NCBI GenBank assembly: GCA_016748015.1
Contig: JAAOMT010000096.1
Span: 263,155 to 327,154 of the forward strand
From: Geosiphon pyriformis uo1
Taxonomy: Eukaryota; Fungi; Glomeromycota
DNA: 64,000 nucleotides
Direction: 5' to 3'
Shown: piece by piece, positions 24,779 through 36,654 of the stretch
Numbering within the stretch: the stretch's first letter is position 1
Layout of the letters: each line of letters opens with the position of its first letter
The notes under the pieces: model-generated
What the model saw: the letters and a program-made list of their open reading frames with translations, nothing else
Told to the model about the DNA's origin: nothing
The model's database searches: none
Made by a program: the position numbers and the translations under genes

Positions 24779-27700
24779 TAGTTAAATGTTTTTAGTTTTT
24801 GAAAAATCAAATTATCCATTAAAAAAATATATATATGAATAAAATTTGTAAACAATTTTTTTACAACATATAAATATAATTGAAAATATTAAGAATTAAA
24901 TATAAATAAAAATTTTTAATATATAAAAATTATGAAAAAAATTATTTTTTATTATATAATTTTAAATTTATTTTATTTTTCTAGTATTTAATAACTTTAA
25001 AAAATAAATAAAAAGTTGTTATTTTAATAGTTTATTAGTATTATTTAAATTTTCATAATTATTAAAAGTTGTTTCTTTTTAGATTAAAAAAAATAACGTA
25101 TTAAAGTTCTTAAAATATTTATGTATTTTACAAGATATAACATTAATTAATATACTATATTCAAATTATAAGTTCAATAACAAATTTATGTAATATATAT
25201 ATGTTAAAAATTTCAAAATAGCTTATATTAAAATATTTTTAAAAAAAAATTATTATAATAAAAACATGAAGTTTATATAAAAAAGTAAGAAATATTACAA
25301 ATTAAATTATTAGTAATAAACAAATAATAAGACTTAATATTGAAATTTTAATTCTATAATTTTATTATAATTAAAATTGAAACATAACTAACGTATCACA
25401 TTTTTGATAAACTTAATCTTTACAAAGTCTATTTTTTTTAATATTTAAATAAACCAGTATAAAAACAAAATTATAAGAAAAGGTGTTGAAAGAATGCTTA
25501 GCATAGTTTTTAATAAAATTAAACAGTAAAAAGCATTTTTGATAAAGTTAATAAACAGAATAAAAAATACAAATATTTGTTTTCATTTATATTTAATATT
25601 TTCTGATTATTCGAATTAAATTTTATGGTATTCTATCAAAATCTAAATGCATTATAATATTATCATATAAATTTAGCTTGGAGATTTATTTTTAAGAGGC
25701 TATATTCAGAAATTTTAGTATTTTCTTTTTATTAATAAAAATTAGGAAATCGGAGGCTTATCAAACCATAAAAGATATTAAAAGAATCTAGCAGTAAACC
25801 AAAACAAAGAATTCCAAAAAATTTCTGGGAACCAAGCAAGTATTAGTGAAAAAGAAATAAAGGAACCAAATATCAATTAACAGAATATGGGAATAACAGC
25901 TATAATATTTTACTGCTAAGGAAAAAAAAGGGCTAGAGAAACTAACATAAAGAAAAAGGTGAAGAAATCAATATTTTTTAACTATGAACCATAGTTATTG
26001 TTCACTTTGGTTTGATCGTAGCATGACCTGAACAACTAAAAACTTGGATAGAAACACATTAGAAAATAAATTTAAAAGCAAATTATTAATCCTCCCTGAC
26101 CAAACTTTATTTTATATCTGAACTTTTTTTGGCTCAATAAAAAATTATTCAAGAGTGTTCCTGAATGTATAAGATTATTAACGTGTTTTATTATGAATTC
26201 TCTGATGGAAGAACATATTTTTAATTCAGATGTTTTTTGAAGATTCGATAAGACTTAACAAGAGTTTTGCCAATCCATGGTGTGAACCGATTTTTTTTTA
26301 TGAAAATAGCCTGGACACTATATATTCACTATGAGAATTGTTTAATGAATTCGCGAAATTTTTGCAACGAACCACTTTTGTTGTTCAAAATAGATAAAGC
26401 AGAAATGAATAAGTAAACATATCGGAGGACTTGACAAAAACCCAAGAAAAATAATATTTGTCATGATTGTTGCCTCTACCGGATTCAATAAATGGATTTC
26501 ATTTTCCAATAATCTAAATATATTTATTTTTATATAATTGTTTTTTGAGGAACTTGTCCATTAAAAAAATGATCAATAGACTTAGGTAGATTCGGTGGGT
26601 CTTTTCAAAAGTTTTTGAAATATACCATACTTTTGATTATGATGTCACCATATATTGATTTTAGGCGATTTGAACTTATAATAATACTGTCTGTATATAA
26701 GTTATCCTGCAGAAGACAATCTTTTTCTTTGAGAAATGGAAAAACTAGGGAGGCCATAGAATCAAAGTTTTGGTTTGTTGATTTACTCAATTGATATGTA
26801 AATGTTGCACCGTAAAAAGACCTAAAGGCAAAATTGGTTTTTACGAATTAGTTTTATACCAAATTTTTGAAACGAAATTTTTTCTACTATGCAGAAATTC
26901 GTATCTGCATTTATTGGGAGTATTTGTATAATCATAGTTGACATTCAATTGTCTATAAATTTTATAGTTCAAGGGACAAAATGTTCTTTTAAAACATTTT
27001 TTTACAATTATTCTGATTTCAAGACTTTTAGTGAAATGTAATTTGTTGTAACTTGAAAAAAATAAAATTGTCACCTTGTGGCAAAAAATGAAACTCAAAC
27101 CATTTCATCGGTCGTTATAACAACTTATCGACTCTCTTCAAGAAGAAATCACTTTCCTTTTCATCGGTCAATAATTTCATTATTTGCTAAAAAAAACTTT
27201 TATTGAATTAATTCTTCAAAATATTATATCAAGAGATGGTTAACCACAAAAATTTGATTATTAGGCGAAAAATAAATCTTAAATCATGAATATAAAAATT
27301 TTCCATTCGAGTTTTTTTATTCATTTAAACTAATTTTAATCTCGCTTTTCTGCTTTAAATATCAGAACACAAAGATTTTGAATGTCAACCAAAATTAGAA
27401 AAATTCCTTATAAAGGCTGCTGCTCTGATATATAAAACCAAAGGGGAAACTTAAAGAAATAATTGTTTATTATAAAAATATTTTTAACATTAACCCTTTT
27501 TAAGGAATATATAACTGAATACAGCTCTACTTTGGTCAAATATTATCCGAACCATATCACATGCAACAGCAGAGTATAATTTATTTTGACCTGCACCAAA
27601 AACCCATCTATATTGAAATATCTCGAGGGAAATTCCGTTTGCAGATTCGATATACACAATTATTTTTATTAATCTGGATATCTAGCGAGCCAAAAGCCAT

Positions 27701-28389
27701 TGTTCTTAAGATTCCAAGTTTTTAAAGAAATTTGTTCAATTTACAAGTTTGATTTAGAGTAAAAATCAGTTTATGTAGTTTTGGAATTTTTCCCTTGGTA
27801 TTAAAAATAATTTTTTGTTGCAAAATTTTTAAACCTTCGTATTTTGTTTTATAATAATTTATTCAATGTATAGAATAATAAATCTGAATTTTCTAAGCTG
27901 CCATTCATAATTATCATAATTTCGACTTTATTGTTAAAATCCTTATATTTGAAAAGGCGAGCTCACTCACATTTTATAATCAGTAATTAAATACCTTTTT
28001 GAGATCATAAGTGACTTAAATTTTTGATCTATAGAGCTATGATTAAATAACATTCAATTGTTATATTCCTTTTTCGTAAACATGTATTAACCGCTTGTGG
28101 TGATAATGAACAAAAGGTAGGCGTTTTAAGGTAGCTTTTGTTCTCTCTACTAACGTAGTCATCATTTTAAGATCTCAATGGGTTTCAAAGTGTCTGGATT
28201 TATTTCATAAAATGATAATTCTTGGAATACAAGTAAAAATTTTGGACAAAATTCCTAACAAATCCTTCGAATCTTAAACTATCTCAAATTTATAGCCTAA
28301 GAATAATTTTAGGCCAATAAAAAGTGATTCATGCTGGGTAATTAATGATTCAGAACCACTAGATTTCCTGCTCAAGGTCTAATATCAAT

Positions 28390-29779
28390 CTAAACCCTGA
28401 TTTCGATGTTTCCAAATACTTCCGGGATCTTATCAAACCCAACCCATCCACACAAAGGTGTATCTCCAATCACGTATTGTGTTCGTTTATCGAAGAACAA
28501 TAATCCATCTGGCTCATATCCAAATTGTTGAGGATTTGTGATCAGAGAAGAAAGCTCTTCACCACCACAACAATGAATATCTAGTGGTTTAAATTTATAT
28601 AATGAGGTCTTTCCGCTAGGAGGTTCGAGCTCACTAAGTTTTGTTCGAAGCCAATAAAACCTTTTTATTATCATATTTCAATATAAATATGTGAGATAAG
28701 GGAACATTAGTCAAAAATCATTCGCAAGTTGATGTACTTGGTTTACCTGAATTCGGTATCACAATCATAAACAGTATGCCCCTTCCAGCACATCAAATCC
28801 AAAACATAGTAAGTCGCTGTATTTTCATCGAATACGCAGTCCAATATGCAATAATCACTCGTTTTATTTCCATTATAAAGGCTTGATCCACCTGGTAGAT
28901 TGGATTCAAAGAGATGCATTATGCGCCCTAAAAATTAAATTAAAAAGTTTTTAGCAAGTATTTAGAAGTAAGAATGTTCTCAAATATATATGTATTACCA
29001 CTTCGAAATCTACTTATAGTCATCCCTACCGAAAAAAAAAGAAAATTTAAAATTCCTGCAATTGGCTGGAGGATTCGAGATTATTTTATTTCATGAGAAT
29101 GACTTACCCTTAGCGCTGGTTACAAGACAACGCTTGCCAACAGGACACATCACTACATACCAGTTGGCTTCCAAATCGTTTGGAACTCCTTGCATGCATT
29201 CAGCATACATTAATTGATTCCTTGATAATATTGAGGGAATAAATATTTTGTAGAATTATTCAAGAAAATTATATAAAAATAAAAATACTATACCTGTATG
29301 GGTTCCCACCTTTAGTTTTGCGCTTACCACCCCTTGTCTTCCTTTTTATTTCTCGAGTTTCATTTTCGGGTAAGAAAATTTCATGATCCATAAGGTCTTG
29401 AGCTTCTTTTGACTTTTTTTCATCGACTTCATCATCATTTTCCACTTCTTCATCTGAGAATTCTTCAAAAATCGGCTTGAAAAGAGCTAAATTTCGTGCA
29501 AGATCTGTGAAATCCCGGCGGCGCTAAAAGTGTAGAAATTGATCCGAGTTCTAGATATATTTCTTCTCTAAAAGATGCGATCAAATTGCAAAAATATTTT
29601 TATACTCTTTGTTGTTCTTCTAAAGCTTTTCGGCGTCTTTCTTCTTGATTTTCTTCTTTACTTTGTCTTATCAAAGGAGACGCTTTATATAAATATTGCC
29701 GGGTGTTTACTGGCTTTGCAGTTACTGTACTTTCGGCGAGTAATTCTGTGATTTCATCGATATTTGATGAGCTCTGCAT
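28390..29779 (-). CDS. SNUPN: Snurportin-1 (m3G-cap snRNP import adaptor); exons 29779-29606, 29523-29294, 29220-29108, 29025-28999, 28927-28747, 28660-28390; ~331 aa
   Basis: Six GT-AG-bounded exons splice in frame. IBB-like N-terminus (YLYK..QEERRRKALEEQQRRRRDFTDLAR) and cap-binding domain motifs NQLMYAECMQGVPNDL..WYVVMCPVGKRCLV, FESNLPGG, YCILDCVF..TYYVLDLMCWKGH..DCDTEFRFYWL, DGLLFFDK..YVIGDTPLCGW. Confidence 0.92.
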
Positions 29780-30910
29780 ATTCGGTTCGTTGACCGTTGA
29801 TTCTTCAATCAAAAATAAGAGGGGATTTAGAAAACCATAATTTGGAGAACTCAGACAGTTCAGTTAACCAAAATTTTTCATAAGGATATTTCATTGAAAA
29901 TGAAAGCAAGTCCATGGATCATTCTTATATATGTCAACTTTTGGGAAATACATACTTTTATGACCATGAAAATGATGTTAGATTCTTCAGGAACTGATGA
30001 CTCAACGTTCTGATGATGATGATTTTAAATGAGCTAATAAAAGAATAAAAATCTTCAATTAAAACATCAGCTTTCCGATCACAGAATTTATAATAGCCTG
30101 AAAATCAGAATCAAAACGCTCAATGATTGAAAAGGTTTATAAACTGTAGAGGAGTACTACAATTTCGGATCGGCTATCCAAAGTGAAAATATTAATCGAA
30201 CATATACAAATAGTTGGGTTTCACAAATGCTGATCAATATACAGGAATTGCGGACTAAATTGCTTATGTAAATATTTTCTCGGAAACGTTAGGCATTTTG
30301 AAATTGCGGACATTTTTTGCAAAGAAATTATCAAAATCCTTTTAAACATTATTTCTAGTGACTAAGAATTTCAGGTCCGTCGACGTCTAAATACTGTAAA
30401 AGTTAAGAGAGTAGAAGCTCATTTCATCCAAATCTTAGCCTCTTTCTTCCCTTAGAGGGGCAAGCGTTATAATAGCTACGAATAAAAAATTCATTTTCTA
30501 TTATGATTTTCCTTCTTTCATGTTTTGAATTTTAGAATTTGAATTCAAGGATCCATATTACACGGACGCAAAAATTATTTACAATTTTGGTTTGATGAAG
30601 GGATCAATGAAAAGCTGACTTCAGCGTAAAATCAACACCTTGCTGAGGTAGGAACCCATGGAAAGATGGGAAATCGTTAAATTACCCGTTGCGACACCTT
30701 CGAAAGTAGGACGCTCTCGACATGAGTATTTAAATAAACAATACCTTAAAGAAATCATCTCTCTCTTGAAAATCCTGTATTCTTTACTTATATTTATATA
30801 TCAGAAAATAGTGAAGATAATTTAAACGATTCTACTTTTAAAATATATCGAGGGGGATTTATTCACGGACTTATGGGTAACTGTACAAAAATTTTGCGGA
30901 AAAAATATTC

Positions 30911-32174
30911 CTAGTTCATAGAATATTTTTTCTTTTTCGTCGGCCGTAATGCATATCCGGTACGTTGAGTCCTTATGAGTCCGTATTCGTGTTCTCTTTC
31001 CGAACCCAAATTTATTTTCTCAATAATTTTATCGATATCCGAAAAAAATCTGTCTCTTTTTTTGGATGGTGACATGCTAGTACATATGACAATTTCGTGA
31101 TTTTCTTTTTTCCATTTTTTTCCAATAAGAGAACTTTCGTGACTTCTTTCGGCAATTTGTTTATTGCTCAATGATATATCAACTTCCATTTGTGCGGAGT
31201 CATCTTCTGCTTCGGCTATTGTGGGACTTTTTAATTCGAAGGAATCTTTAAATGTAGCTAAAGTTGAAAACCGTTGTAGATTTGCAATCGCCAACCCATT
31301 TTCCTCATCAATATTTTTTTTAATTTTTCCCGAGTTCAAAAATTTATTACTGATAGCACGACAGTAATCCCAATATTCGCGCTCTAGGTTGACTGCCATA
31401 TTTTTCTTTGCCTGATCACTTTTCTTCTTTAACCACCGTTCTTTGATTTTAGGCTCAAGTGAAATGTATTTATTCAGGGATTTAGTGACCGATGGAAGCC
31501 AATAATATTGAACCCCATCTCCAAACAAGTCTCGTTGCGTAATGGGAACCAATATGGAGATAAACTCCTGCGGTATGTCCCAATCTTTAACAAGTTTTTG
31601 TTGACTGGAAATTGTAATATAGGAGATGATAAAACGAATCAAAATCTTATATCTATGATTAAGGCAATAAATTTATGAAATCTCACCTAATAATGTTTCG
31701 GTTTAGACAGCTCGTACAGCACCTGATTTTAGGAACCCAATAAATCAAAGCTTCATCTTTGGTATCATGACAAAGTTGGCATTTAATCACGCCAAATACT
31801 AAATTTTGATAAGCTTGTTCTGATACACCGATTGGCGGAGAAATTTGTAGGAAATTTGAAAATTGTTTCCGCGAATTCCCCCAAATTTGTTGGGTGAGCG
31901 TATCAATTGGTGAACCCAGTAATTCTTCAAAGAACTTACAGGTCAACCTTAAAGAGCAAAGGTCTGATGGAGGTAAGAAACTACAAATATTTGCAAATAT
32001 TTCTACCGAGTTCACTTTCTGTTGTGTTTTCGAGGTTTTGCTTGATTGGAACCAATTTACTAATGAAGTTACTGTCGGTATTTGATTTTTTTTAAAATCA
32101 GATGGTTCTGCAAAAAACATAGTATTGGTTTCCTTCTCTGGGGTGTTTGATTTCATTATTTTTGTAACTGTCAT
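30911..32174 (-). CDS. F-box protein with CxxC...CCxxC cluster (paralog 2); exons 32174-31687, 31604-30911; ~393 aa
   Basis: F-box SVEIFANICSFLPPSDLCSLRLTCKFFEELL. The GT-AG intron at 31686-31605 splits the same Ser codon (AG|T) as in paralog 1. Basic C-terminus RPTKKKK (possible NLS). Confidence 0.85.
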
Positions 32175-33153
32175 TTGGATGGTATTTGTCACAAAAAAAC
32201 AATGAAATTTCTCAATCTACAATTATGGTCAAGAAATCAATTAGTCAAAATGAAAGGGAGTTTGATTGTTTAAGCCTACCGAATAAGAATCTCTTTGCTT
32301 ATTAGAAATTTTCCACCTTTATAAGGTAGTTGGGATATCATGCCAACGTCCATCCTCACCTGAACAGTCCACATGTTTACTTATTGTGGTCTGGTCTTAT
32401 TTTTATTTGTACGACCTGCCTTGCAGCCAATTCAAGAAACAGAACCCGAAATCGCCCATTTTTTGATCAATGATTGCAATGAACAATAAACCTAATCTTC
32501 ACATGAGTGATTCTTTTACTGAGGCTTGAGTTTTGGGATCCTTAAATTTTTCATAAACAGAAGAATAAATAATTTTCTCAATGTGCCAAAAATATCTGGT
32601 TGATATTTTTTATTTGTTTTTTAAGAATTACCCAATCTTCAGTTAGTAGGGCGTAAATTTACGTAACATTTGATCTGATGAGAAATATCAATGAACTAAT
32701 TAAGATCCTGTGATAATATTTTTCCTTTTTGATTTATGGATTCATCCGATTGTTCCCAGTTGAAGAAGAAAAAAACCAATAATCACCTTAGTATTTTTCG
32801 TTTTCAGCGCTCTCGATGACAGATATTTATTGCTACAATAAATATAGTTTTTCTGGAGTAGCTTCTTAAACTAGTTAGGGGATTTTCAAATTTTTAAATA
32901 GGGAGAGTAACGTCATGATTAGTATGACAATTTGAGCTAGACTTTGAAAAAAAAATTCGCAGATACGTCATAACTGACTTAATTCCATTTCATATTTAAG
33001 GAATTTAGGACAAAATTTAAAATTTATGTTTTTTAAAATCAATTTTTTGATGACATTTGGTTATTCATACCTCTTTGATCTTTAATGTTCTCTTTCTATA
33101 CTTTTTTTTTCACTCCGAATAAAAAATAATTCTTTCTAAAGTTCTTCTCTCGG

Positions 33154-33268
33154 CACTAAAAGGTAACCCTCACCTTTATCATATTAGTTTTTCTTTTTGA
33201 GATGTTGAACTAAAAAGAAAGTTAAATTTAAGTTAAAAAAATTTTAATTAGGGTGCTATCTTTTAGTG
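33154..33268. mobile_element. Possible 115-bp mini-element with CACTA-starting inverted termini
   Basis: CACTAAAAGGTAACCCT versus reverse complement CACTAAAAGATAGCACCCT; no 3-bp TSD. Confidence 0.3.
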
Positions 33269-36200
33269 AATTCTATACTTTGTTTACATTTAAAGCACAC
33301 TTAGCGACTTGTTTATTATTAGTAATGGAATTTTTATGTTAAAATTAATTTTGCAAGAGAGGTTTGGTAAAAACGTTAATCCTAAAGTTTTATTTGATAA
33401 TTAAAAAAAACTTTATTACATTTAAAAGAAATTGTTTTTTCTGTTTTAAACTTAACTGTTAAAAATCTAAAGAAAAAAATTGTCCATTTTTAGTTTAATG
33501 TTAATTTGTGCTCTCAAAAATTGAACAAGAAATATCAGTTATAGAATATAAGTTAAATTAATTATTATTTATTCCTAATGTTTATAATTCTTTATTATTA
33601 ATGCTAAGCATCCATTACTTTTATTGTGTTTTAATAGTATTTATTTACAAGATATTTATTTTTTGATCAAATTTAAAATGTTTTTTGTTAATATATAGTT
33701 AAATTGTTTAATTAATTTCAATTGTAATTAATTTCATATTTTCTGTTTTTATCAAAAAAAATTAAGTTGACAATTTTTTATTGATCATTAATTTTTCTTT
33801 AATAATACTTATTATTATATTAAAAAACAATTTTTTTTATAAAAGCAAATAATTTTATATATATTATTTGTACTTTTTAAAACACCAAAAAAATTTTTTA
33901 TAAATGAATGATTGTTAATTTTAATGTGTAAAAAGTATTATTATTTTTGTTATAAAAGTATTAAACATTTTTATTGTTGTTTTATATATTGTTTTATATT
34001 TTAAAAATTTAATATTTTATAACAAGTATTAACTTTAAATATTGTTTAACAATTTGAATACATTAATAAAATTTTAAATTATTAATTATTAATTAAAATT
34101 ATATAATTTTACAATAATTATAAACAATAATAATTAAATAAATTTAATTTAAATTTTATTATTTATATATTTATTATTTAATATAAGAAATATTTAAACT
34201 TATTTATTCTCTTATGTTTTTTGTTTTTTTATTTTTATTAAATTTTTATTAAAAAAACAATTATTTAATAATTTAATTTATAAATTTAAATACAAAGTCA
34301 TTTTGTTTGATTTTAACAATATATTAAAAAAAATATATAAATTAATTTAAAAAATAGTAAAAAAATATTATTTTTAATATAATTAACTTTTTTTTCTTAT
34401 ATTTTTATAACTATAAGCAAAGTAAAAAGTAAAAAAAAAGCAATCACAATTTTTTTGGTAATTAATAAGAATGTTATCAATTAAAAAACTTTTTTAATTC
34501 TAAAAACAGCTAAATAATATTTTGTAAAAGCAATTTTTTTAAGACTTTTAAATACAAATTAGTAGTTAAATTATTAAATTATTAAATTTGTTATAATATT
34601 TAATTTAATTTTTATTTTTATTTTTATTGTTTTTTAAAAGATTTTTTTAAATATAAATAAAGTTTTAAATCTTAATTTAAAATCTGTTAATATGTTATTA
34701 TATATTTTAAAAGTTCTAAAGCTGCTAAAACTACTATAGTTTATTAATTAATATTGGTAAAAAAAAATAATATTTGAATTTTTTCAATTAAAAAAAGTTA
34801 TTATTTTATATAATATTTTAAAACCAAGTTAATTAATCTTTTTTTTGGTTCTATTATTTCTAAAATTAATTTAAATACATAATTAAACTTGTTTTATTTT
34901 TTGGTTTTTATTATTTTCAAGTTTCAAAATAAACTTAATTTGTTATTATTTAAATAATTATTTTAAAAAAGTTGTATTTAGTAAAAAGTTTTTAAATTTT
35001 TTTTTTGTTTTTTATTGTATTTTATTTTTTTATAAGTTATTTTATTAATTTAAAATTTTATGTTAAACTATTATTAAATTTGTAATAATTTATAATACAA
35101 ATTTTAATAAAGTGTTTAGTTTTAGATTAAAATGTTTAAAGTTTAAAGTTTAAATTAATTTGCTTATTAAATTTTTTGTAATTTAAATTATTTTTTTGAT
35201 AAATATAAAAAAAGACTTTTTTTATAAAAACTTGTTTTAAAAATTTTGTAATAATAATTAAGAATTCTTAAAATTAAAACAAAACTTACATATTATTTTT
35301 TAAATAATAATAAGATAAATAATAATAAATTATCTATAAATAAAAATAATATAAATGTCTATTAATATTATAAAAATTATATATTCTATATTTAATATAA
35401 ATATATTTAAAAAATAGTTAGATTATATTTTATTAAAGCAATAAAACAATATAATTATATTAAAATATTTTTAATAAAATGTTTTTTTATTATAGCTTTA
35501 ACAAAATATAATCTTTTTATTATTTATATTAATTGTAATTTAAATAATTATAAGTATAAATTATGTATTTTTAATATATAATTAGTTATCTAAACTTATG
35601 TTAATAAATATTATTTATTTAAAAAATAAAATAAATTTATTATTTTTATTTTATTTAAATGATTTTTAAATATCTATTTATTTTATTATTGTATTTTTAT
35701 AAAATTTTATATTATTATTTTGTAATTTTTAAACAGATTAGTAACCAAATTAGAAATATATTTGATCTGAATTTTTTAAAAAAATAAGTTTCAATATTTA
35801 TAATAAAAATTTATATTAACAGTCAATACAAACTTTATATAAAAAACTTAATATTATTCTTAATAATTAATTTCAAACTAAAAAAATTACATAAAAATTA
35901 AAATGCAGTCTTAATATAAATTAATTTTATTTTAATAGTTTTATCAAATATTAAAATAAAAACTTTATTCAAAAAATTTTTAATAGTTAATAAATATTTT
36001 TTAAATGCTATTAAAATCCAATAATATTACTAAAAAACAATAAACTTAAGTATACTAATTTTTGTTTGTTTAAATAAATTCTTAAAATTAAATAACTTAA
36101 TTAGTAAAATTAACTACAATTTAATGTTTTAAACAACTTAATTATATATTAATTAAATTAATTTTTAATAAATATATTATTATTGCTATTATTTAAATAA

Positions 36201-36654
36201 TAAAAAACTATTATTACAGTCAAATTTAAATTAAGCATTATAATTAGTATAGTTATAACAAAACTAATATTCTATTTTTTATAAAAAAAACATACTTTAA
36301 ATAAAATAATAATAATAAAAATTATTAAAAAAAAGAGTACTTTTGCTACTAGCTTTTTGTTAAAAGTTTTTGGATTTTAATAATAATAATAATTATTATA
36401 CTAAAATTAACTTTAATTAGTTGCTTTAAATTTTTTTAAATAAAAAAAATTTTTATTTAAAGCCAAAAAAATGTTTTATTAATAACTAAAAATTATTTAT
36501 ATTTTAATTGTTTCTATTTTTAAAAAAGCTTTTTGAGTATTAATATTATTAAAACAATAAAAAAATTAGTTTTTTTACTTTTTGTTTTAATTATAATCAT
36601 AAAATAAAAAAAGTTTTTATTTTAATTATGTATTATTTTATATTTATTATAAAT

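Noticed and set aside
29970-30020. CTGATGA motifs as a hammerhead core or C/D snoRNA boxes
   Set aside because: No stem II/GAAA/stem III arrangement, and box spacing is too short for a snoRNA
30545-30730. Identification as U1, U5, U11 or RNase MRP RNA
   Set aside because: Lacks ACUUACCUG, the GCCUUUUAC loop and MRP conserved regions; kept only as an unnamed low-score candidate
32875-33253. TTAGGG words as telomeric repeats
   Set aside because: Isolated single hexamers, not tandem
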